A DNA stretch of 62,291 nucleotides, filler included, from Chiloscyllium plagiosum (lineage: Eukaryota), in the NCBI RefSeq assembly GCF_004010195.1. It is 3 parts of one record of this genome, joined end to end, with 100 filler letters (N's around TTAATTAATTAA, not from the genome) between each part and the next. Parts side by side here need not be neighbours in the genome. Positions count along the whole stretch, not along the records: positions 1 to 31,842 come from NC_057713.1; 2 more parts are not named here. The stretch is one strand, 5' to 3'. Both the position numbers and the translations under genes were made by a program. Shown here piece by piece: positions 11,280 through 24,940 of the stretch (position 1 is its first letter; each line of letters opens with the position of its first letter). The notes below the pieces were generated by a model. The model searched no databases and was not told where the DNA came from. It saw nothing but the letters and a program-made list of their open reading frames with translations.

Positions 11280-13030
11280 GAAGGGGAGTTCAGTCCCATG
11301 TACTACACACCCTGCAGTATGTGGAAAATCTTAGATATTCCAGGTAGACTGGATGACGACATCACGCCACTGGTTTGATCGGCATGATCACTGGGTTTTG
11401 GAGCTGGAGGCACAGCAGTGCATCCATGAGGCTGAGAGTTATATGGATAGCATCTTAAGATGTAGTCACCCTTGCAGCTCAAGGGGGTGTAGTCAGGTTT
11501 GGAACAGATTCCCAATAGTCAGAATAGGCAGACAGTCAGGAAAGGCCTACACTGCAGCTCTAGTTTTACTCTGTCAGAAAATGGAGTGGGAGACAGTTCC
11601 TCTGAGTCAGAACCCAACTGCACAAAGGGTAAAGGAAGGAAAGATTGGGGCAAAGGAAGGACCGAAGTAGTAAAATGTGGGCGGTGACAGAAGATGTAGC
11701 TGATTTTAAGTAAATATTTTAATTCTGTATTCAAAATAGAGAAGAATGATGGAAGTCAGTAAAGTGTACTGTGATATTTCTAAACAAATTACAATTGACA
11801 GGGTAGTAGTAATAGTAGACTTAAAACTGGATAAGTCCCAGGCCGAGATGAGATGGATCACAGGTGCTTATGGAGGCAAAGGAGAAGATTAGTAGGATTA
11901 GACGATCTAATACCAGTGGTAGGGAAACTATTGAAAACAAAATTGATTGAGAGAATTAATCAATCTATATAGAAAGGCAAGGATTAATCAAGGATATTCA
12001 GAATTGCTCCGTCAGGGAGTTCATGTCGGATAGGTTTGAATGGCTTTTGAGAAGATGACTACAGGTGTTGATAAAAGCACAGTTGAGATAGGTCGGCTGG
12101 ACTTCAGCAAGGCTTTTTGTTAGGTCTTGTATGAGAGACTGGTCAAGTAGATAAGAATGCACAGGACCCAGGGCAGTTTGGCAAACTGGATACAAAATTA
12201 GCTGACTGGCAGTGACAGAGATTGTTGTTGTTGTTGTGACTGGAAGTCGTTTTTCAGTGGTATGCCATAGGGTCTCGTGCTAAGTCCCTTGCTGTTAGTA
12301 CTGTACATTATAATCTAGACATGAATCTAGGTGGATTGATCAGCAAGTTCACAAGTGACAAAAACTGGCAAAATACATAGTGAGGAGGAAAACCTTAGAT
12401 TACAGGACAATGTAGAAGAGCTGGTCAGACAGGCAGAAGAAAGACAAATGGAACATAATCCTGAAAAAGTGAGAAGTGATGCATATTAGAAGGATAAACA
12501 AAGCAAGGGAGTACACATTGAACATTAGGACCTTAGGAAGTACAGGGTCAGAGGCATCTTAGTGTACATGTCTACAAATCTTTGAAGGCCATAAGGCAGC
12601 AGATGAGATATTTGCCTTTATTAGTCAAGGCATTGAATACTACAGCAAGGAGGTTATGACAGATCAGCACAAAATATCAGTGAGGTCACAGCTGGAGTAC
12701 TGTGTACAACTTTTGGTCGCCACATTGTCAGGAGGATGTGATTATACTCAATAGTGTAAAGGAAATTCACCAGGATTCTGCCTGTTTCAGCTGAGAGAGA
12801 GGGTTGTTTTCCTTAGAAATGAGAAGGCTAAGAGGGGGGAAAACTAATTGGGGTGCTCAAAAGTAATAAATTCATAAATAGAACAGACATTGAGGAACTT
12901 TTCCAGTGGAGGGATCACTAGCCAGAGGATCAAGATTTAAGGAAAAGAGCAGGAAGTGTACAAGGGATTTATGAAAGATTGTTTTCACCCAGAGGGAGTG
13001 GGTATCTGGAACTCGCTGTCTGAGAGGATG
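11280..13030 (+). mobile_element. Degenerate CR1 LINE (ORF1 remnant, RT and 3' end)
   Basis: Remnants of DKSPG, DFSKAF and SKFTSD motifs plus CR1 3' sequence, with many indels. Confidence 0.7.
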
Positions 13031-13078
13031 ATTTCACTTCTGTAACTGGAAAACACAGCCTGTTCTGAAATAATGCTA

Positions 13079-13222
13079 AAAATCACAACACCAGGTTATA
13101 GCCCAGGTTTATTGGGAAGCACTAGCTTTTGGAGCTTTCCAAATAAACCTGTTGGACTATAACCTGGTGCTGTGTGACTTCTAACTTTGTACATCCCAAT
13201 CCAAAACCGACGTCTCCAAATC
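13079..13222. mobile_element. Penelope-derived inverted-repeat element (related copies at 29830-30032 and 54212-54398)
   Basis: Arms acaacaccaggttatag...ggaagcactagc and ccaaataaacctgttggactataacctggtg are reverse complements. The same unit recurs three times in the window. Confidence 0.65.
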
Positions 13223-15041
13223 ATGACAGATATAATATTATTGTTCAATTCCAGTACAATCCTGCATTATAAGAAAATCGCATAATAGCAGCACCATTTA
13301 AACTAATGGGTCTGGAATCACGTTATAGCCAATACTAGTAAGGAAGGTTCTCTTTCTACAAATGACGGTCTAAATTCTTCAATAATGCTATAGCCAATTC
13401 ACATTGAAGAAACATGCATTATAGCAGAACTAACTATACGTGGGAAGAAAAATGGAGGAAAGACTAATTGAGTACATTTTATAAACAAAACTTTCAGAAT
13501 ATACTGAAAAGTCATGAGACCATATCATAGAATATAGGGAAATGCAAATGTGTTTCTTGTACAAGGCGCAGCTGTTTTCTAATTGTTTAAATGTATTATA
13601 TGCACACCACCTATTGACATCAATACAATACTACAAGTGCTTTATTTCACATTCATTCACACTTGCAGATCAAATGCATGGAACTACAACAGCACACGGG
13701 GCTCCTAAAGTTAACAAATTGGTCCAGCTAGCGTTCACTTTTTTTGTGTTGCGGGTCTGGGAGGGATGCTCTTCGGATGGTCGGTGTGGACTTGATGGGC
13801 CGAATGGTCTGCTTCCACATTGAAGGGATTCTATGAAAAGTCTTCAACACAGATTAGCAACAATATTACTAGACCCTTCTCCTTGATGATTATTTGTTGG
13901 AGGAATTGATATCAATATTAATCACAGCTCATTTAACTCCATCATTCAAAGAAACACTTACAATTTGGGAATTCAAGTACCAAAATTCATAGCAGAAATT
14001 TTCTACAATAAGATGGAAGCCATGGTTTACAGGCCCCAATCCAAATTCCATTCCCTCTTTACTAATTCCATCCCTTTCCCTAGCAAATGTCCGAGACTAA
14101 ACCAAACTGCTTACAACCTTAGTGTCACACTGGCCCCAAGATAAACCTCTGGCTACATATTCACATAATCACTAACACTGTCTGTTTAGATGTTTAAAAG
14201 GTGCTATTTAAATACAAGTTGCCACCTTATATTGATAACAGAAGAGGAGCATTCAACATGAGGACCCTGTAGCAGGCAAGTAGAGACAGAACTAGATTCA
14301 TTACAGCAGATTGGAATTGGTTCTTGCGCTGCTCCAGAGAAAGGAGCAAGTGCTTGGTGAGTCATTTGGAAGTGATTAAAGTCATTTGTAATTTTAATAG
14401 AAGATACAAAATAGTGTTAAAGTTAATAAAATATTTCAAAGCCAATACAAGTGAATAATAATGAATTAAAACTCAAAGGCTAGTGGGATGTTATCCTTTT
14501 TTGAAAGGAATTGGACATTAAGGATTTCATTCTTCAGTTATACAGGGCATTGGAGAGACCATATCTAGAACACTGTACAGCTTTGTCTTATTTAAGGGAG
14601 GATGTTAAAGCACAGAGATAATGTACTAGATCAATACTTTGAACGAGTGGGTTGGCTTGTGAGGGTTGGTTGGACAGGTTTCCATTGGTGTTTAGAAGAG
14701 TGACAGGTGACATGATTGAAGTGTACGAGATCTGGAATGGTCTTGACAAGGTTGACATGGAAAGGATGATGCCTCCTGCAGGTCAGTTTAGAGCTAGTGG
14801 ATACCTATTTTTTTAGAACAGAAATTGAGAGTTCTTTTTGTGAGGGTTGAGATACTTGGAACTCTGCATCTGAAGGCTGTGAAAGCAGGATTATTAAATA
14901 TTGTTTCGGCAAAGCTACATAGATTTTTGTTAAACAATGGAATAGAGTGTTTCTGCGGGTAGAGGGGAATGTAGAATTCAAAACAAATGCAGCCACGATC
15001 TTACTAAACTGGCAGCACAGTCTACTTCGGCTCCTACTTAC

Positions 15042-15075
15042 TTGTAGCCTCCCATTCAGATTTGCTTAACGTTCC
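15042..15075 (-). CDS. RNMT: RNMT penultimate coding exon
   Basis: ttttacag|GGA ACG TTA AGC AAA TCT GAA TGG GAG GCT ACA A|gtaagt = GTLSKSEWEAT(S), matching the conserved RNMT motif. Confidence 0.96.
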
Positions 15076-18000
15076 CTGTAAAATAAAATGGAGATACTTT
15101 TGTCATGACCTGTGTGAAAAGATTCACAAAACAGCTTAATAAATCTTAAACCATTGTTCAACATTACAATATTCATTTGCACATTTTCAAAGAACACTAC
15201 CTGTGTCCCCATGATTAAATTTCAAAGTGTCTTTCTTTGCAGATAATTTCAAAAACAATTTTCAAGACAAATTCCGATTTCTTTGGAGCAGAGAAGATTG
15301 AGACAGGAATCTGATAGTGAGGCACAAGATTTATGAGGGCCATGGACAGGGTGAACAGAAAACAGGTGTTCCCCTTAGTCAAACAGTCAAGAACAAGGGA
15401 ATACACTTTTTACTGAAAAGCTGGCATTTTTGAGGGGTTTTGAGGTAAAACATGTTTTATCCAGAGGGTAGTCGAAGCTGGCAACCTCACAACCTTTAAA
15501 AAGGACAAGCACTTGTAGTGTCATAACATTCAAGGCCATGGGTCTAATGCAGGAATGTGGGAGTAGTATTGGGTAGCAGTGTGTTTCTCAGCAGTGGCTG
15601 AAAGGTCTGTTCTTTACTGTAAGATTCACCGATTCTAGAGCAACACACACAAAAACCACAGATGCAGCCAGATCAACATGGTTTCTCCAACAAATTTCAT
15701 TTTTGTTTCAGATTTCCACCATCTTTGCTTCATAACTAACTGGATTCATTTTGACTATTATGAACAGGGCGAATAAACTTCAAAGTGCTACCATCTCTCT
15801 TTAATACAGATGGCAGGCCACGTGATGTGCTGCAGAATTGGAAGCTACTGAACACCAATGTGATCCAGAGCAAACACATCTTACTAAATGTTTTCAGCTT
15901 GAGGCACTTACAGATCCAAGTTCAGGAGCTGTTGCCAGAGCTGAAACATTGTGCCATATCATTGAACTGGCAAGTTACCTGGATATTTTGCCCCACCCCT
16001 CAAACTAGGTAATTTAAATTTGATCTATCAGGGACGGGAGGGTGTGATGACAGGTGAGGCAGATATAGGGACTCAAGGGATTTTATCTGAAAAGCTTCAA
16101 TAGTTGCTCAAGAGCTCAGGGGTACTTGGATGTTGCACAGACTGGAGTGGGGATAGCAGTGGGGATGAGAAAATTGACCATGGCACTGGAAGTCACTCAA
16201 GATGGGAGTAGGAGGCCTGGTGTAAGAAGGTTCACAAGGATGATCCCAGTATGCAGGGATTGTCTTGTGAGCAAAGAAACAGGTTAGGGCTCTACTCATT
16301 CAAGTTTAGAAGAATGAAATGTATAGGATTTTAAGGGGCATGTCAGGGTAAATGTCGAGAGGATGTTTCCTCAAATCAGAGAGTCTGGGACCAGATGGCA
16401 TAGTGGCAGAATGAAGGACTGCCAATTTAAGTATTTTCTTCTCTCGGGATGTTGAAATATCTTTGGAACTCCTTGCCACAGACAGCTATGAGGGCAGACT
16501 CCTTATGTATGCTTAAAGCCGAACAGATGATTGATCAGTCGGGGAAATCAAGGTGATCCTATTAAGGGGCAAATGGCCTACTCCTGTTCCTATTTCTTAT
16601 GGTCTTATGTCCTCGGGGCTGGAGAAGAATGATTGGAAAGATGTTGAGTGATTTCACATAAATACTGGAATGTTCTTGCCCTAGTGCAGTCATAGATGGT
16701 CCAAGAAAGAACTGATTGGTAAGGAGTAGGTACAGTCAAGTAAATATTCACAACTTTTTTTTTGCTTATAGCTTGTAAGGAAATTTTGTGTTTTACAGCT
16801 TAAGGGCTGCATTCTGCAATGACAAGGAACAGGAAAAGCAACCCTGGAGAACTGACTTTTTTTCCCAAATTAAGCATCTTCCGATCGGATTAATTTAAAA
16901 GGGCTAAGTCATGGCAAGAGAGCTCAAAGCCATGGTGTGCTCCTCGTGCTCTATGTGGGAAGCAAGGAATATTTCCAGGACCCAGGACCAGCTCGTGGTG
17001 TCTCCAGCTGCAGCTCCTGGAAGCTGAGGTTTCAGAGCTGCAGTGGCAGCTGGGAACACTGTGGAGCATCCGTGAAGCTGACAGAATCATACATAGCACC
17101 GGCAGAAATGGTCACACAACAGGCTTAGACTCCGCAGGCAGAAAGGGAATGAGTGACTACCACGGACAGGCAGAATAAGAGGACTAAGCAAACAATGCAG
17201 GAATCCTGTGGCCAGACCCCTGCACTGCCTTAGAAACTGTTGAGGTGAATGGCCTCTCAGGGGAAAACAGCAACAGGCAAATTCATGGTGTTATACTTGG
17301 CTCTGTTGCACAGGGGAGGAGCAAGTAAGTGTAGAAATTCAACAGTCATAGGGGTTTAAATTGTAAGGCAAATTGATAGGCATTCACGTGGCCACAAATG
17401 AAACTCGAGGATGGTATGATGTCTCCCTGGTGCGAAGGTCAAGGATGTCTCAGAGCATCTACAGGACATCCTGGAAAGGGAGGATGAACACCCAATGGTT
17501 GTAGTACAGATTGGTACCAACAACATATGTTTAAATAAAAAGGATGAGGTCCTAAAGCCAGAATATAGGGAGGTAGGAAGCAAGCTGAAAAGTAGGACTT
17601 CAAAAGATATTGATCTCAGGATTACTACTAGCAAATGTGCTATGCAGAGTAGAAATAGTAGGATCTCTCAGAATTAGGACATGGCTAAAGAGATGGTGAG
17701 GGGGAAAACTTTCAGATTCCTGGGGGCTCTGGAGGAGATGATACTAATACAAACTGGACAGATTATACCTGGATGTCCAGGGGGACTATTTGCAAGAATG
17801 GTTGGGGATGGTTTAAAAATAAATTGGCAGGGAAATGGAAACCTATGTAAGGAGTCAGACGAAGGGGAATCAGATCAATAACAAAAAACAAAGGGGAATA
17901 AGAGAAAAGTGACAGGCAGAGGAATCAAAGGCAACAATCAACTAAGTCCACCGTAAAAAATAGTGGGAATGGGGCAAGGAATGTTAAAGACGCAAATCTC

Positions 18001-19283
18001 AAGCCTTTGTGTCTGAATAAACTAAGCATTTAAAATAAGGTGGATGGATTAATCACACAAATAGATAGAAACTGGTATGATATAGTTGGGATTACAAAGA
18101 CATGGCTGCAGGGTCACCAGGGATGGGAGCTGAACATTCAGGGGTATTCAATATTTAGGAAGGACAGACAAGAAGATGGTGGAGTTACATTACTGTTAAT
18201 GGGATATAAACACAATATGGAAGACAGGTATTAGCTCAGAAAATGTAGAAGCTGTGGGTAGAATTGAGAAACATGAAAGAGTAAAAATCATTAGTGGATG
18301 TAGCATATAAACCATAGACATGTTGGGAATGGCATGATGCAATACAGGAACATTAGTAATTATGGATGACTTTAATTTGCACATAGGTTGGGTGAATCAA
18401 ATTATTCACAAAACAGGAACTCCTAGAGTACATACCGGCTGGTTTTCTGGACCAATACATTGTGGCGCCAACTAGAGAACAGGCCATCATGGACTGGGTA
18501 TTATGCAACAATAAAGGAGTAATTGGTAATGTAGTGTGGGAGATCCCTTGGGGATGGTAGAATAAAATGAGAGAATTCTTTATTAAGATGGAGAGTGAGG
18601 TAGTTGATTCTGAGACTAGGGCCCTGAATCTTAATAAGGAAAATTACAATGGTAGGAGTCGCAAGCCAGCTGTGATGGACTAGAAAATGGCACTGAGAGG
18701 AATGACAGCGGATAGGCAATGGCAAACAGTCAAACTGCAAATGGGTGAAGTATAAAAAGATTTTATTTCTGTCTGATGCAACGGTGCAAAGACAGCAGTG
18801 GTCAAATCAATGGCTTACAAGTGAAGTCAAAGATAGTATTAGATGCAAGAAAAGAAGGCATTCAAATATCAAGACAAATAGTAGACTTGAGGATTGGGAA
18901 CAGTTTAGAAATCAGCAAAGGAGCACCAATGATTGATTAAGAAAGGGAAAAATAGAGCATTGGGGGGAACATAAGAACTGACTGTAAGTTTCTATAAGTA
19001 TGTGAAAAGAAAGAGATCGGCAAAAATTGATGTAGATCCTTACAGTCAGAAACAGGTGAATTTATAATTGGGAACAGAGGTGGCCAACAAAATAAATTCA
19101 TACTTTGCTTGCGACTTCACAAAGGAGTACATGAATAACCAGAAATGATGGGGTACACAGAGTTTAAATGAGAGCAGGAGAAACTGAAGTAAACTCTGTA
19201 CGAGTTGAGAAGTGGTATTGGAGAAATTGATGAGACAGAAGGCTGATAAATCCCCAGTGCCTGATAATCTACATCCAAGAGTA

Positions 19284-19426
19284 CAGAGGAACCTTGATTA
19301 ACCGAATTTCGGATGATCTGAACAAGATCACAAGGTCCCAATGTGTGGCTAACTATGTTATCCAGCATCGATTAACCAAACAAAATACACCCCGCCCGTG
19401 TCCTTCAGATAATCGAGATTCCTCTG
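19284..19426. mobile_element. Tc1/mariner-pogo (Tigger-like) MITE
   Basis: TIRs CAGAGGAACCTTGATTA / TAATCGAGATTCCTCTG, flanked by TA on both sides. A second copy is at 29360-29515. Confidence 0.8.
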
Positions 19427-21959
19427 TACTTACGTGGCCCTGAAAATTGGTTATCTTCCAAGATTCTTTAGACCTGCAACAGTTCCTAAAGTTTAGAGGG
19501 TAGCTAATGTGATCCATCTATTTAAAAAGTGAGTTAGAAAGAAAACAGGGAATTATAGACCAATCAGGCTGACAGCCATAATAGGAAAGATGCTGAAGTC
19601 CATTATCAAGGATTTTATAGCAGAGCACTTAGAAAACTGGGAAAATCTGACATAGTCAGTAAGGATTTACAAAAGGGAGATGATGCTTGACAAATCTACT
19701 TGGGTTCTTCAACGATGTAACTAGCTGAGTTGATCATGGAAACCAATGCATATGGTTAATTAAGACTGTCAGAAAAGTTCAACAAAGTTCCACACAAAAG
19801 ATTAATGTGCAAAATTAAAATGGGATTAGGAGTAGTGTACTGAGATGAATAGAATATAGTTAGCAGACAAGGTGTTACAACACAGGATAAATCTTTTATG
19901 TAGTTGGTTTAAATTAATGGGGAGGTTTAATCCCGTGTCGTAACAATTTGGGGGCTTGTCATCAGGATTTGAACAGCTCAGGTCTCGGATTTGTGACTTG
20001 AACAAGTTTAGACAGATCCAGTCTGAGATTTGGAAAGATTTGAATAGATTTGGGGTATGAAAACACCCAGCAGAATTAAACAATTGCAGGTTAGTGTCCA
20101 AGATCTTTAAATACAATGTAAGTGATGCAATTTGGTTAATTTCAGTGATTTATGGTTAATTAAATTAAAAATAAAAGAAGCGGCTCTTAAAATTGCTACA
20201 GATGTTCTGGGATTTGAAGACGTTTCTCAAATTTGCCAAGTTTGGAAGGAAAGTAAAAGGCCATACTTTTAGAATTAGCAAAGAAGTTGAATTTGTGTTT
20301 AACCAATGAAATTACTCAAACACAGAGGTGTGTCAAAGAAACAGACAAGTGTAGTAGAGGCAAAAAAGAATTTAAAATTACAATTGAGGAAAACTGAGTT
20401 AGGAGATAAAGAAAAGGAGAGGATGCAAAGAGAAAGGGAGATGGTTCTTAATTGAGCAAAAAGAGAGAATTTGAACTTGAAGCTGCGACTTAGTCAGCAA
20501 AGTCAAGTTAACTGGATAGAGATTTAAAAGAGAAGGTAGCGATATATACAAATATGTCAAAACTCTGTCACATTTTGATGAGAAAAATGCTGAAGCCTTG
20601 TTATGTCATTTGAAAATTGGCTCGGCAGATGGGGTGGCCTTAGGATTTATGGGTAATGTTAGTACAGACTAAACTGGTAGGTAGAGCTAGTGAGGTATTT
20701 GCCACGCTGTCAGATGAGGGGTCAAGAGATTATGAAGCGGTCAAACAGGCTACTTTAAGTGCTTGTGAATTGGTACTAGAAGTATATAGACAGCAGTTCA
20801 GAAACACAAAGGAACAAGGTCAGATTTACTTTATGTTGAGTTCGAAAGAATTAAATAGCCGTTTTGATCAATGGATGCGTGCTTTAAGAATAAATAGGGC
20901 CTTTAAGGCTCGAAAAGAGATTCTTCTGCTGGAGGAGTTTAAAAACGCACTTCCAGAGATGGTAAGAATTCACGTGGAGGAACAGAAAGTTCAGAATGTG
21001 AGAAGGGCAGCAGAATTAGCAGATGAATACATGTTGGTGCACAAGACAAGCTTCCGGCCAGAATTTTGTTCTGTGAGGGATAGAAGTTGGGAGAAGGGGA
21101 GATCCTACACTACAAAACCAAGGGTAGAGAACACCAGTAAAAACTTACCACAGGTTAAAAAAAGAAGCCCAAGTGGGTGGAAAGGAGGTGAAAGGCCTCT
21201 AATATTTTCACTGTAATCATGTGGGACACAGAAAATTACAGTGCCAGTGGTTTCAGAAGGACATTGGGAAAAAGGTGTTTTCACTGCTAGAAAGTGGGAC
21301 ACGTAAAGTCATAGTGCTAGTTGTTAAAGAAAGGCACTGTGGGAAAAGGCGTGGTAAAAGAAGCTAAGCCAGTGGCATTAGTGAAGGTAATAAAGGAAAA
21401 CCCAAGAAGGGCCAAGGAGCTGCAGGTGAGCAGAGAACCTAGGCAGGGGCTGGGTATGGAGTTAGTACCTGATCTCTACAAAGAATTCGCCTCAGTGGGT
21501 AATGTTTACTCAAAGAACAAGGGGAGAAGGACAACAAGTTATAATTTTGAGAGATGTACGATCTAACCAGTTGCTGATAGTAAGAGATGAGCAAATATGC
21601 ACTCTTTCTGATCTGTTACCAGAGAGTGTTGTAATTTGTCGGATAGATGGGCAGGTTAGTGGGAGTGATTGACAGAGTGTCAGTTCCAGGACTTCAGTTT
21701 GTTCTTGGTAATGATTTGGCAGGAACAAAGGTGAAAGTGACACCCCTTGTGGAGAAGCCCAAGGAAGACCAAGAAACAAAGTTAAAACTGAAATATCTTG
21801 GTATTTTCCCAGACTGTCCAGTAACCAAATCCCACTATTACAAGTGCAGCCAGCACAATGCAAAAACTAAGAGAGATGAAGGAGTTGAGGTTCAGTGAGG
21901 GCACACCCTGTATGATATAAGGTTGCAGTTGTCCTGAAAAGCCAAGGGACTTGCAACAG

Positions 21960-22229
21960 CAAGGCAAGGCAAGGGGGGGCATAGCTTTAAATTAAGGGGT
22001 GGTAGGTATAGGACAGATGTTAGGGGTAGATTCTTTACTCAGCGAGTCGTGAATTCATGGAATGCCCTACCAGTAGCAGTGGTGGACTCTCCCTTTTTAT
22101 GGGCATATAAACGGGCATTGGATAGGCATATGGAGGATAGTGGGCTAGTGTAGGTTAGGTGGGCTTGGATCGGCGCAACATCGAGGGCCAAAAGGCCTGT
22201 ACTGCGCTGTATTTTTCTATGTTCTATGT
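21960..22229 (+). mobile_element. CR1 3' fragment inserted in the Gypsy element
   Basis: CR1 3'UTR ending in a (TTCTATG)n tail. It interrupts the Gypsy pol sequence. Confidence 0.8.
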
Positions 22230-24650
22230 GGATGCATATTCCAAAAAGGAGGCAGAGAATATTCCTGAGGATTATTATTTGAAAGATTAAATCCCAAGAT
22301 GGAAATGGAGACCAGTGCAGAGGAGAAATGAACCAAAGTGCACCAGATTGTGTTGCGGTAGCATACAGACAGGAAATGTTATGGGTAGCACATGAACTAC
22401 CTGTAGGAAGTCACCTAGGGGTACGAAAGACTCGGGTTAAGGTACAAAAGCATTTTTACTCGCCTGGAATGCACAAAGATGTGGTTAGCTTGCCATATGT
22501 GTTATACATGTCAAATAGTAGGTAAGCCACAGGCAGTAATAAAGCCCGCATCTTTGTTGCCAATTCCCACATTTGAAGAACCTTTCACGCAGGTTATAAC
22601 TGATTGTGAACTAGAAATGGGAACCAGTACTTGTTAACCATAGTGGATGTGTCTACCAGATTTCCGGAGGCAATTCCGGAATGGGTGGTAGAGGAGTTAG
22701 CAGTTTGCTTCACACAGTATGGGATACCCAGAGAGATCCAGTGAGACCAACGGTCAAATTTTACTGCAAGGCTGTTGGGGGTGGTTATGGATAGCTTAGG
22801 TATACAGCACTCATCCTGAATTCCAGGGAGCTTTAGAAAGATGGCATCAGACCTTGAAAACCATGTGGACAGCATACTATCAAGATTACCCAAGTGATCG
22901 TATTGTTTGCCATTACAGACGTCCCAAACAAATCTACACTGTTCACTCCCTTTCAGTTAATATTCAGACATGAAGTGAGAAGCCCCTTGAAATTATTTGA
23001 AGAAAAATTGACAGGACCAAAGTCGGGGATCTCACACTTAGATTATGTATCAGAGGTGAGGGAGGGATTAAATGGAGTAGGTGAGTTAGCTAAACAGCAC
23101 GTAAAGAGGACACAGTATAGAATGACGCAGGTGGCAGATAAAAGCTCTGAGACTCGGACGTTTTCCTGAGGGGATGGCGTGTTAGCACTGTTACCAGTAA
23201 TAGGAGACCACTTCAAATTGAGAAAAAGTTGAGTCAGGTGAACTCTCTCGTGAAGATGCCAGTTAGAAAAAAGGTATCGGGTATGTCATGTGAACATGCT
23301 GAAACTGTATTATACGATAGAGAAAGAACTGGAGAAACAGGTGTTAGTTACAACTCTACAGAGTAAGGAATCAAATCCAGACAATGTGGATTTTGATGTG
23401 CCTCAAAATAGATTTAAAAAATGAAAAGTCCTTATGAGTGGGTTAGGTTAAACTATCTGTCTCAGGAGCAAAGAATGCAATTGAAAGATTTGTTACTGCA
23501 GTATAAGGACATACATAAGAATCAGATGGGGAGGACTAATGCTATTGTACATGTAGTAGACATGGGGAATACAGTTCCGATAAAAGAACACCCCTATCGG
23601 CTTAATCCTTTCAAAGCCAGACAGGTCCAGAAGGAGATGGAGGTTATGCTTGAGAAGGATGCCATCAAACCAAGCCAGAGCGAGTGGAGTTCACCGATCA
23701 TCTTACTTCCCAAACTGGATGGACTCAACGATTTTACGTGGATTATCGAAAGGTAAAAGCCGTTACAAAAATCAGACTTGCATCCAATTTTGAGATTGGA
23801 GGACTGAATTGAGAAAGTTGGACAAGCCAGTTACATCACCAAATTGGACTTACTGCGTGGTTGCTGGCAGGTACCTTTATCAAAGACGGCAAAAGAAATT
23901 TCTACATTTGTAACCCCAAATGGGCTATATCAATTTAAAGTGATGCTCTTGCCACATTCCAAAGACTCATGAACAGAATTGTGGCTGGGTTAACAAACTG
24001 TGCAGTCTATTTGGATGATGTAGTGATCTTCACTAAGTCCTGGAAAGACAACATGGTAGAGTTGGCAGAGCTCTCTGAATGACTACGAGAAGCAAAACTG
24101 GAGATAAACTTCAACAAAACTGAATTCACAAAAGCACAGGTGATATTCTTGGGACAAAACGTTGGTCATGGAAGATTAACCCCACGGAATGCAAAGATGC
24201 AGGCCATCAAGGATTTTTGATGACCAACCTCTAAGAAAGAGGTGCTTTGATTCTTAGGACTCAGCGGATTCTAACCAAATTTGTTCCAAACTTCAGCAGT
24301 GTAATGGTACTATTTCAGTGGACAGAACAATGCCAGGAGGCACTCGACCATTTCAAAGCACCACTGCACCAGTTCGAGCTACTCAAAGCTTTTCAAATCC
24401 TTTTAAGTTGCCATCGACGGTAGTGACATAGGAGTTGGAGCTATACTGCTACAGGACAATGATGATTGGATTTAGCTGCCAGTTGGTTACTTTTTGAAGA
24501 TACTCCACATCCAGCAGAGGAAATACTCCACGATCGAAATAGTAGTATTGAATTTGGTATGGGCCTTACAACATTTTAATGTGTATGTGATGAACAATGT
24601 GTCAAAGAATATTGTGCACACTGATCACAATCCCCTTATATTGTTAGAAC

Positions 24651-24940
24651 ACAGTGGTTAGCACTGCTGCCTCACAGCGCCTGAGACCCGGGTTCAATTT
24701 CCGACTCAGGCGACTGACTGTTTGCACATTCTCCCCGTGTCTGCGTGGGTTTCCTCCAGGTGCTCCGGTTTCCTCCCACAGTCCAAAGATGTTCAGGTCA
24801 GGTGAATTGGCCATGCTAAATTGCCCGTAGTGTTAGGTAAGGGGTAAATGTAGGGGTATGGGTGGGTTGCGCTTCGGCGGGGCGGTGTGGACTTGTTGGG
24901 CTGAAGGGCTTGTTTCCACACTGTAAGAAATCTAATCTAA
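24651..24940 (+). mobile_element. HE1 SINE inserted in the Gypsy RNase H region
   Basis: CAGTGGTTAGCACTGCTGCC...GGGTTCAATT and an aatctaatct tail. Confidence 0.88.
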